A DNA stretch of 64,000 nt, from contig ML996696.1 of the NCBI GenBank assembly GCA_010356995.1, forward strand, positions 870,364-934,363, written 5' to 3'. The notes beneath the pieces were generated by a model. That model saw nothing but the letters and a program-made list of their open reading frames with translations. It was not told the DNA's origin and searched no databases. Source of the stretch: Trichodelitschia bisporula. Its lineage: Eukaryota. Both the position numbers and the translations under genes were made by a program. Positions 50,687-61,699 of this stretch are shown piece after piece (position 1 is the first letter of the stretch; every line of letters begins with the position of its first letter).

Positions 50687-51771
50687 ATGCGTCTCCTCCT
50701 GCGCGTCCCGCGCGCCCTCAACCCGCGTACCGTCACCCCGCGCAGCGCCCTCACGCCCCCCGCCCTCGCCTCGCACTCCCGCACATACGCCTCAAAACAA
50801 CCCCCCATCGACCCCTCCGCCGTCGCCTCCGCAGCAGCAGCCCTAAACCCGCGCTGGCTCTCCGATCTCAAAGCCCGAATCGGGAAATGCATAACCTTCG
50901 GCCTTCACCAGGAACAAGTAACCGAAGCGGGTGCTATCTGCGCAGTGCTAGGCCAGGAATGGAGGGAACTAGTCGCGGGCGCAGAGGGCTATCTGACAGA
51001 CCCAGGGCGACGGGGACTGTGGGGGCATGCGGTGGTTTGGGGGGATCAGGTACGTCTTCCGTGCGAGGGTGGGAGTAGGGACAGGGGCTAATGAGGGGGA
51101 TAGGATTCGATGGTGAGTTTGCTGTCGCCCGGTTGTGTGGGGGGGGGGGCTGATGGGTGAAGGGTGAGTGGGTTGGATATTGGTGGTAAGGGGGAGGCTG
51201 ATGGGTCAGGCCATGTGAACAACGTAACCTACAACCGATACGCCGAGTCCGCGCGCATAAACTGGGCGTCCAACTACGCGAAGCATCTCGACCCGACGCA
51301 CGCGAGTCACTGGGCGAATCTGTGGACGCCCTCGGGGCAGGGTCTGATACTCAAAAGCATTACTACGGACTTTAAATTCGTGGGCCACCTCCTGCTCTCT
51401 CCTACACCCGCTGACCCCCGCAGCCCTTAACGTATCCGGACCGCATAACGGTGCTACACAAGCTCCGCGCCCAGCCCAAACCGCACTCCTCCGCCTTCAC
51501 CCTCTCCTGCATCGTCCTGAGCGAGAAGCACCAGCGGCTCGCGGCGCGGTGCGAGGAGGTCATTGTTCTGTATGACTATGTCAAGGGGCGCAAGAGCGGG
51601 ATGCCGGATTTCATGCTAAGCGCGTTCGAGACGACGTGGGATCTGCAGGAGAAGAGAAGGGAGGAGGTTTTGGAGAGGGTGCGGGGGTTGACGGAGAGGG
51701 TGAGGGAGTTGGAGAGGGGGAGTTGGGATCGGGAGGGTGCGGTTGAGGATATGGGAAGTGCGAAGGGGTAG
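50687..51771 (+). CDS. Hotdog-fold (4HBT-like) thioesterase, probably mitochondrial; exons 50687-51049, 51104-51112, 51163, 51210-51379, 51424-51771 (296 aa)
   Basis: VVWGDQ|DSM|G|HVNNVTYNRYAESAR motif reconstructed; Arg/Leu/Ala-rich presequence; exon lengths sum to 891 nt. Confidence 0.88.
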
Positions 51772-52122
51772 ATGGTGACGGTAAACAGCTAGACGCCGAT
51801 GACGGTGAACAGATGCCATTGCGGATTCCCTCCCGCGCCCACATGCTCGATATGGAGCCTAGGAAATAGGCCGGAGCCGCGCCGTGTCGCCTTCCCTCTT
51901 CGGGGCATGCGTGGATGGTGTACAAGCAGAAATTCAAGAGCAGAAACAAAGGAATAGCAGAAAACGCCAGAGGTATCTCGCCCGAGCAACAGAGCAGCAC
52001 AGCAACAAGAGAAACAAACAGAATTCAAACCGGCACCAGCATCCAGTACTCGCTCACAGCCATACCTGTCCATTCTCGCGTCTGTCCCTTGTCCCGCTTT
52101 TCATATGCCTCAGCACATCCGT

Positions 52123-52947
52123 CTACCAGCACTTAAGCTTATCCCAGAACCCCCCGTCCCTCTCCTCCTCACTCCGCCCCTTCTCCCCATCCCCACCCTT
52201 CCTCGACTTCTCCGTCGCCACATCCAGCGCCGGCGTACGATGACTCGGCAACGCACCAGCACCGCCCTGGGCCCTCGCCTCAACCACACGTCGCACGAGC
52301 ACTGCCCCAGATTAGCCTTCACCCACCCCAACGCAGAAGATCACCTACAAGCAAACGTCTCCTCCACATTAACCATCTCCCGCGCACTCGTCTCCATAAA
52401 CCCACACCCCCTCTTCCGCGCCCACTCCAATCCCTGCTGACTCCTCACCTGCCTCATCCCCTGCAAATCACACTTATTCCCCGCCACAATCTTCACCGGC
52501 GGCACGGCGCCCACATCCACCCTCCTCTCCGACTCCATCTCAATCAAGGAGTGGAAATGTTCCAATGCGTCTAGCGACGCGGTGTTCGTGATGTCGTACA
52601 CGAGGAGGAAGGCATCGGAGTGCAGGTTCGAGGCCGCCCAGAGACCGCGGTATTCTTCCTGCCCCGCCGTGTCGGTGAGCATCAGGAGGTAGGTTGCGCC
52701 GTCGATGGTGCGGGTTACGGAGTAGGAGTCTTCGATTGTGGGGTCGTATCTGGCCGGTTAGGAGGTTCTGAGGGATAGAGGAGAAGGAATGAAAACGCAC
52801 TCTTCGGTCCATTGCGAGCGCACGAGGCGCAGCGTGATAGAGGATTTTCCTGACGCGTTGTTAGGACTGTGCTTCTGCGAAGGGGGCAAACGTACCACAT
52901 CCGCCGTCACCGCATACTGTGATGGAGATTCGGTTGTTCTCGTCCAT
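52123..52947 (-). CDS. Ras-family small GTPase, three introns, C-terminus KLKCW*
   Basis: GDGGC|GKSS, YDPTIEDSY, DTAGQEEY, NKCD, ETSAR. Confidence 0.92.
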
Positions 52948-54889
52948 GGCTGCGAGGTCCTGTCCTGTGATGCCGATTGTGTAGATTCAATGGCGAAGGT
53001 TTTCCCCGCGATTCGGCTCTGCGCGTCAAGTCCGTATGCAGTTCCTCGTCGCCGTTGCCGCGAGCACTCGCACCGCTCGCCCGCGCGCTACGCGTCTGTA
53101 TGTACAAAGCGCACGGTCTCGGACCAGGGGGCAAAAGGTGAAGCAGCTAGTAGTAAGCGGCGGGAGCACGGGTCGGGGTGTTGTACTATCGGAAGATCAC
53201 CAACGTTGCGAATTCGGATCGAAGGTAGAAGACGCGTTTGCGGACGGGTAAACGGTTGGAAACGCGGTGCAATGGGCGATTGGGAAGTGTGTTTGGGATG
53301 TTTGGGAGTGTTTGCGGAGGGGTAAACGGGAGAAGGGGCCAGAATGCGGCCCTTTTCCACGTTGGCGTTTGGCGGTCGCGGGCGGAGGAGGCGCGGGCGG
53401 AGGAGGCGCGGGGGGAGGGCGGGCGGTTCAGGGGCTTTCGTCTATCGCGGGACGGGATAAGGGAGGGTCGACGGGAATTGAAGCACTTCTGGACAGTGGT
53501 GAATATCAAACGCAGCAATTCAATTGCAAAGCAGAAAGGGAAGAAAGGCAAGTAGTGAAGATAAAAGAGCTCGCGTCGCCGCTTAGTTCTAGGGAGGCGA
53601 GTATCTTGCCCCGTTCCGGCCTCGCCCCGCGGTGCTTTCGGCCATGCGCGCGGGCGGCCGTTTCGGCGGCTTGTACGGTAATCGCGTGAAGGGCAGGGTG
53701 AAATGCTCCGTGAGGGGAGGCGATTGGACGATGCCACGGATGCCAATTCCCAATTCCCAATCGCGGTTCACGCCCATCTCCAACACTCAGCTACCGGCTC
53801 CTTACACGAACTCCATCTCGGCCTCAAACTGCGAGCAAACTTCGTCATCACACAAAGGCAAGGCTTCTCCCATGATTAAGGAGCGACGATCCCGGCTCCA
53901 TCAACGCCCCGCGCGGCCGCCATGCGCCCCGCCCGCTTGCTGTCAACCTGTCATCGCAGAGCGCGAGTGGTCGATAAAGCAACTGGTGCACGGCCTATCA
54001 GTCCACGAGCATCGCCTGTGGCGGAAGAGAGAGAGAAAGGCTACACTACAGTAAGAGCGTAAGAACGACCATCTTCCCGAAAGTCTTCCAGTTCGCATTC
54101 GCGGATCCTCGGCCCGCCCTGCAACGGGCTGCCCGCATGTCTCCGGAGTATTTGCTCCATTCACTGGCCTTGCATCGCCGCCATGCCGTTCAGCCTTGTC
54201 CATGGGAGGCGTGCGCGATAGCAGGGGAGGATGCTGGCGTTAATGAGGAGGTAAGCGCGCATGGCGCGCTAAGCCTTTATCCGCAAGCGCGCGCGCAAGG
54301 CTGTGTAAATCTCCACGGTCGGAGAACCGCAGGACCGGGCCCTAAGGATAGCGGCGCGGGGGAGCCGACTTCGCGGGTTGCAACAATGAACACCTTCCAG
54401 ATACAACGTAGATCAAGTAGACATCAAGCCTTTTCTACTTGCTGGGTTCCTTTAGACGAGAGCAGAATCGTCAATGACTGAAACCGCGCGCAGCCTCACA
54501 CCCAATGCGGAACATCACCTCGCGCCGAACACGCCGAACAGCGGTTCGCCCGAAACACCGCACCACCATCTCGCCATGATATCAAGCAGCCTCCCGCCGC
54601 GGGCCTTGAGCATTACAACACGATCTTAATCTCCCCTCCCCATACCCATACCTACAGCACGTACCCGTATCCCGTACCAAACTCGCAACCATTCCTCATC
54701 CCTCGTCCTCTACCAATCCACGATGCCGCCAACCCCTCCATCCCACCACACCTGTCCGCCTCGTAAGCGACCCGAACCCCCAAGCCGAGCAAACTGCACC
54801 CTCATCCTCCCGACCAACCCATCCAATCCCCTCCCATTCCACCCTTCCAGACCAATCCTTACCTCGTCCCTCCCCCTCCCGCCCATCTT

Positions 54890-55300
54890 GACTCCCGATC
54901 TCCACAACCCGGGCAGGGATGCCACGCTCCCGCGATCGACACGTCCATCGGAGGTCAGTGCGCTTCTTCGATGCAGACTGCAACGGCGATGCGCACATCC
55001 AACACCCGGAACCTGCCCCGCCCAGTCAATCCATAAAACCCCCCGCCGCGTAAACTCCCAGCGAGCAGTCCGAGCACTCCGGGCGGTTGATTGGTCTCGA
55101 TCGCTGGAGGGCCCGCGTCTAGAACTAAGTTTTATATCTTGGGCCCAGAGATCGGGGATTGCGGACATGTGACGTGGAAGGTGAAAGACTGGGGACATGT
55201 GATATATGCTACTTCTCGCTCCCCCGGACCTATGTTGATGCTCAAGGCTTCAAGCCCCGTCAATGCGGACGGTGGTATACATATTCGCACTTAACACGGT
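54890..55300 (+). ncRNA. Candidate structured non-coding RNA
   Basis: Nested helices 54893-54902/55148-55157, 54911-54917/55012-55018, 54958-54963/54991-54996, 55022-55030/55086-55094; G-U pairs favour the plus strand. Confidence 0.3.
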
Positions 55301-55372
55301 ACCATATCGACATCAGTCTAGGCCACGAAAAAACCTCCCTCAAACACCCACCACCAACACCACGTCCAACCA

Positions 55373-55398
55373 CATCATCATCATCATCATCATCATCA
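55373..55398. repeat. (CAT)8 microsatellite
   Basis: Direct reading. Confidence 0.9.
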
Positions 55399-56072
55399 AC
55401 CCCTTCCGCAATCACAAATGCACCCTCCCGCCGCCCTCACCCGTCCAAACACCGCACCACAATAGCACCCACCCGCCCTCCCTCCCACAGATCCATCGAT
55501 CTCAACCCGCCACCCTTCCGCAGAATACACAGCGAGACATGCCGTACTTCGTACACCGCAACGAAAGTAACCAGGCACACGCCGGCGCCGCCCATATCTG
55601 CAGGAAAAGAGACCCAGGCCGCGTGTTGTGCGGAAGCAAACGCCGGTTCCTGAAATCCCCTACCACCATCTTTTCCCCTCCAAGCGAGAAGAAGAAAAAT
55701 GTCCCATCTCTTTCCCGTCTCTTCACAGGCCGTACGATATATGATACCCCATTTGAAGCCTCAAAGAATCATATGTCCCTCCCAAATTCATTAACATCAA
55801 CTGACATGTCAAAAGGAAAGGAACCACAACATCGAGACCCTCGAACCCAAAGAAAACCTAAACCCATTCTATGCCGTGTCGGGGTATCCGTGTTGCAAAA
55901 AATGGATGGAACAAGAGCAGGGAGGCCAGACAATCCGGAGAGAGAGCAGCGTCAAAAGCCGTGACCAGAAGACCAAAAACCATACCCGGGGCACGGACGC
56001 CGAAATCGAAACCCATAGCAATGATCAGGAAACCGCAGCCCGAACACTTCACGAAAGGGCCCGTTAGCGCAA

Positions 56073-58771
56073 TCACTCCGGCTCCACAGCCTCATCAATC
56101 TTCGGCGGCACCCCACTCGCCAACCTCAACGAACCCGCAACCTCCATCCTTGCCACCTTACTATTATGACTATCCAAACCCGCCTGCTGCGCCCCCGCCT
56201 GCATCTGCGCCCTCGCCTCCGGCGTCGCCCCCATCGGGCTCGGCGCCCTGGCCTGCGCAGGTCCAACCGCCCCGACACTCGCCGGGCTCGTAATCCGCAA
56301 ACCGTGGTCGCTGCGCGGCGACGCACTCGCCTTGTCGCTCTGCACACTCTTCCCGCTCTGCTGCGACGAGGTGCGCGGGGAAACACGCCCGTTCTGCGAG
56401 CCCGTTAGCTCGGCCAGGCCGCGGCGCGACGAGGGGGGAGCGCGGGATGCGCCGGATGCGCCGCGCGAGCGGTCACGTACTTGCTTTGCCCAGCGGAGGC
56501 CGCAGGAATTACACAAGTCGCGCTGGCCCGAGGGTCCGCGCCGCCATTCGGGTGTGTGCTTGGTGTGGCAATTCGCGCAGTCCTTCTGCAGCATACCCGC
56601 CCCGCGGCGGCGCTTGCGTTTCTTCTTAGCGGCGATGAGGGACTGGACTTCTTCCGCCAGCATCCTATTGCGTTTTTCCATTTGCCTGAGCTCGAATTGC
56701 CAGCTTGTGCTGCGGGTTGTTTTGAGCTCGTCGAAGACGTTTTCGTCCGGCCCGAGCGAGGGGCCGGGGACGCCGAGGTTGAGCGACTGGGTTAGTGGGT
56801 AGGCTTTGTGCACGGAGGCGTAGGCGGCTTGCATGGCGGTGGACGTGCCGGACATGGGCGTTGTGCCGCCGCCCGCGCTAGCGGGCTGCGGATTCGGCGA
56901 CGCGCCCGACGCGCCCGACGTACCGGCCGGCGTACCGGGCTTCTGCGTCAGCGACGCTCGTGCGCCGGTCCCGCCGCGGTGATAGCGCACCAGCCTAGTC
57001 TGTGCCACGACGAAGGTGGGCTTCTGCCCCGCCGCCGCGTCACCCGGGTAAATCCAGGAAAAGGCTTGGAGGACTTGGCCCTTTTTGTTTGTCATCTCGT
57101 GCTTCACAGACGTGTTTTGGCCACTCAGGGCTGTGGTGAGCGCGCGGCCGAATTCTAGCTTCGAGTCGGGGCGCATGAGCACTTGGATGTTTGTCCCTAC
57201 GAGGTCTTCGGGCTGACGGTCCAGTAGCGAGCGCACGTTGGACGACACGAAGAGGAACATCCCTGTCGTCGACATCTTGGTCCATAACTCGTTCTCGCCT
57301 ATGCCGCCGGCTGGGGACAGGCTGCCTCTGGTCAGGGTGTAGACTGGCCGCTCGCGGCCGACGAGTATGATGTACTTGCGGCCTTTTCCCGGCTCCGTGT
57401 GCAGCTGCCCGTGGCTCTCGAACCACATGAAGCCGCTGTTCTTGCGTCTGATGCGGAACACAACGCTCACGGACCCGTTGTATGCTTCCTTCAGCTCGCG
57501 GGTGACGGGGACTATGTCGCTCGGATGGCAGATCTTGGACAGCGCTGTACCTACCAGCTCGCTCGATTCGTACTCCAGGACCTTACGGCACGACGGCGAG
57601 AGGTACAGGAAGAGGCCCTTGAGCGAAAGGACGTGGATGACGTCGTCGCTGTTCTCGAGCAGGATCTTGTGGAGCAGGCGTTTGGAGATCTCGTTGTTAT
57701 CTCCGGCCATGGTGTTCAGCACTGACGATACCTCGTCCCATGGGGTTGGTTGGCCTAGCTCGGACATGAAGCTAGCCTCGGGCGGGGCCAACAGGTACCC
57801 GCCCAGATCGGGGGTACGCTGGTAGTTGACCGAGAACGAACCATCTATCAAAAGTCAGCAAAGCCATTGGGGTGTCGGATCCCGAAAATACCTGGGTTTT
57901 TGGAACGCATGGATGCCGGGTTTTCGACAAGATCAACTTGAAAGCCGACCAAATGCGTGACAATACCCTTGTCGTCACGAACGGGGATCATAGTAAGCAG
58001 ATTCACAAAAGGCTGGCCACCCTTTCGGAAATTGACGAGGCTGACCTGCGCCTCCACATTGGAATCGATGCATTGTCTGAGATAATGCACGGTGCCACCG
58101 TCGCAGTGATTTCGCGAAGTGCCTGGTTCTACCTTACCGTCGGGCGACTGGAGGAAGCGGCAGTTCTTGCCCTTGATTTCGTGCTTGGTGTACCCGGTGA
58201 GACGCTCGAAGCTCTCGGAGCAGAATTCGATGGGTTGGTCGTAGGCTCGCGCATCGCACACCACGAAGGCGCAGGAGAAGTCCACTCGCCCGATGTTGAT
58301 TTTGGGGTTGGGTCGCGTGGCGATTTTGGCCTATGCGTTTGTAAACAGTCTGTCCATGGGGGCTGGCATACAGCTGGGTACGTACAAGGAGAGATAGCAA
58401 GTCAACCCCGCTCGGCGCATACACGTCCTTGTATTGAGTCTCGATGTGCGTGCGGTTATGTTGGCTCGTGGGCCATACCTCTACGAAACGACGATCAGCA
58501 GCAGTTTGCGAGGGGCAAGGCTTAGTGCTACATGCTTACCAGGTGGATGTGCCCAGGGTATTTTTTGCCCGTTGAAAGAATCGTGGGGACTACCTTCGAC
58601 TTCTTGATTTGGGCTGAATGGGGTGGTCGGCTTTGACAAGGGCTTACTGCTTCCGGGTGTAATAGATGTACTGGTCGGGTTGGACGCCGGCTGCGCGGTT
58701 GACTCGGAGCTAATGGTTCGGGAGACCGAATTGCGGAAGTTGGGCGCCAATCCGCCCTCATTTGGTGGCGT

Positions 58772-58810
<39 letters not shown>

Positions 58811-59482
58811 CTCTTTGGGATCAGACCCGGCTTGCACCTGCGCCGCGCCGAGCAGCGAGCCGTCGTACCCGGGATGCACGGGTGAACCCATCATTGGCGC
58901 CGCATACCGGGCAGGCGCATACATGTTCGTCACCGGTATTCGGGGCTCGACCATGCCCAGATCCATTCCGGCGGCCATGGCGGGGAGGTCGAACGGGCTG
59001 TTCAGGTCCATGTCTAGTTGGCCGGAGACGGGCATCGGCGACGTGTACACGGCGGACGGGTCCGAGACGTTATCGAAGCCGGCTTGCGGCTGGTATTGGG
59101 TGTTGATGGAGAGGCTGGCGGAGGACCGGTCGGAGGACTGCTGCGTGTCCACCATGTCCATTGCCATTGTACCCATCGCTGTGCCCATCGCTGTGCCCGG
59201 GTTTGAGAAGTTGAAGTCCATTATGCCGGTGTCCATCATGGAGACGCCTTGCATGGACGAGTCGAGTCCGGGGACTGCTCCGAATTGCACGGGCATGCTT
59301 CGCCTGCGCAGTTCCTTTGCGTTGGCGTGGACGATGTCATCGAGGGAGCGGCCGCCTATCATGGAGGTGGTGTCCATGGAGTCTGTGTCCATCATGGCCA
59401 TCATGTGGGCGCCATTATTCTCCCCGGCGACCTGCTGGTCCAGATCGCCTTGGTTATAGCCGCGGGAGTAGAACTCGTTCAT
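56073..59482 (-). CDS. wc-1: White collar-1 blue-light photoreceptor (LOV, two PAS, GATA zinc finger); four introns, the last two at 57847-57892 and 56394-56480
   Basis: LOV GKNCRFLQ, two PAS domains, KKKRKRRRG basic patch, CANC..TPEWRRGPSGQRDLCNSCGLRWAKQ, N-terminal polyQ. Confidence 0.96.
58775..58810 (-). repeat. CAG/CAA repeat encoding Q12 in WC-1
   Basis: 36 nt of CTG/TTG on the plus strand. Confidence 0.9.
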
Positions 59483-60345
59483 GGTGGAGGGGAGGTTGCG
59501 CCGCCGACCATGGAATGTAGGGATGTACTGTGAGTGGATATAAACGGGCGGCTCCAGGGCCAGGCGCCTCTCAGATGCGGGGAGTGGAGGACCAGTGCTC
59601 TAATGATGTAATACGGGGGGGCGAATGCCTTGCTGCGGAGCTGGAAGAGAAGGTTGAAGGTGATGCACCGTTCGGGACGAACAGCGACACGCCTTAGAGT
59701 GGTGATGGTGTTTGCATGTAGAATGTTCGGACAAATTGGATGGAGGATTTGGCTGTGGAGGAGGGGAGAAAGGACCGCGGCGGGGGTGTGGGCTTTGGTG
59801 CTAGTCGGGGGGGTCGTGGATGGGATGGGCGGGATACACAAGGGCAGTTCGCTGATCCGTCCAGTTTCCCTCTCGTCCCTCTCGTTAGTCAGAGCCCCGA
59901 GAGAAGAAGAAGACGGTTGGTTTGCGAGTTTCTCGCCACCGACAAAGGCGCCGACCCGTCTCTTTTCCCTTCACTTCCGCTTTCCCCGCAGTCTCTCGCT
60001 CCGGGAATTTTGATAGGATTTCCTAAAGTCGGAGTTACTCCGGCCGGGGGGGACGGAAATTTATTCCTTGTAAACAGGTTGCCAGGTTATCCACTGAGGG
60101 GCGGCAAAAAGAAGTGAGGGGAGAGAGTAGACGGGAGACGGGAGAGAAAGACGAGAAAGCAGCACGGGACGAGACGAGAGACGGGCGAGTCCTTGCGAAT
60201 CCCGAGAGAGAGAGCCGAGGACTTCTTGTGCCACAACCCCGCCACAATTGGACTGTGCCACATACCCTTGCACTTTTCGGGCGACGAGCTTGACGTGAAG
60301 AGTTGAGAAATGCATGCATAGTGACCACCTGAACACCACCCCGCC

Positions 60346-61699
60346 ATGATAATACGACAACTCGCTCTGCGGCAAGGTACGGTCACTTGCTTTAGCTGCT
60401 CTCACACTAACATCCTCCTTCAGGGCGCAGAAGCCTCGCTCCACAATGGCGGTCCGCCCGGCGATGGATGAGCTCGGAAGTCGACTCCATCTCATCCTCG
60501 ATGCAAAACAGCCTCAACGAGACTCACTCCATCGAATCCATGCTCAACAGCCTCCCCGGCGAGCGAGTGCAGCCCATTGACGACGAAACGCACCAAACCG
60601 CCGACACCGAGAACATAGGCACCGTGTTCGCCGAATTCAAACGGCAGCGTGCGTCCCCCCATCTCCCCCCACCCCCCTTCCAATCCTTCCCATCTAACCC
60701 CACGCAGGCGAACTGCAAAAGCCCCTAGGCGCCATCGTCACCCCGCACTACGAGCCTCACACCCTCGTCACCAACCCCCCCAGACCATCCGATATATCCC
60801 TCGAACTCCTCCTCGCCTCGCAAGCACATATGGGCCATAGCACCTCGCTCTGGAACCCAGGCAACGCACGGTATATCTTTGGCATCCGCGACGGCATCCA
60901 CATCATCTCGCTCGACCAGACTGCCGCCCACCTGCGCCGCGCGGCACGGGTCGTGACCGCCGTCGCCGAACGCGCCGGCCTCATCCTATTCGTCGGGACG
61001 CGGCCCGGACAGGACCGGGCCGTGGTCAAGGCCGCAGAGCTTTCCGGCGGGTGCCATTTGTTCGACCGCTGGGTGGCGGGCGGCATTACGAACGGGACGC
61101 AGATTCTGGGCAGGGGTAAGGTGAAGGTGGTTGATGAGTTTGATCAGGAGGTTCCGGGCTTCGAGGAGCAGCTTGTTGAGCGCGCGTCCGTGAAGCCGGA
61201 TCTTGTGGTTTGTCTGAACCCGATGGAGAATTATGTGCTCTTGCACGAGTGCGCGTTGAACAATATCCCGACTATTGGGATTATTGATACTAATGCGAAT
61301 CCGCTGTGGGTTACGTATCCCATCCCCGCGAACGATGACAGGTACGTTTATTTCACAGTGTTTGGGTATGGCTAACGCCCCAGTCTCCGCTGCGTCCAAG
61401 TCATATGCGGCATCCTCGGCCGCGCGGGCGAAGAAGGCAAGACGCGGCGTCTCGCGGCCGCGCAAGCCGGGAACATTACCTTCACCCCAGCCGACGGGTT
61501 TGTGATGCCCGGCGAGGAGAAGACGGAGCAGCAGAAATTGCCCCGCGTGCTTAAGCTCGGCGCCTCGATTGAGGAGCTTGAGAAACAGGATGCGATGGGG
61601 AATAGGCCGTTGAAGAAGGATCCCTTGCCGAGGAACTTTATTGAGGGGGAGGTGAGGGAGCGGGTGCCTAGGTTTCATGATGCGAAGAAGGATTTGTAG
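60346..61699 (+). CDS. MRP4: Mitochondrial ribosomal protein uS2m (Mrp4); introns 60377-60423, about 60649-60707, 61342-61383
   Basis: LLASQAHMGHSTSLWNP..YIFGIRDGIHIISL, KPDLVVCLNP, PTIGIIDTN..TYPIPANDD|SLR. Confidence 0.93.

Noticed and set aside
55281..55315. ATATTC..ACCAT..ACA resembling snR30/U17 m1/m2 motifs
   Set aside because: Motifs are incomplete, spacing to ACA is too short and there is no clear distal stem
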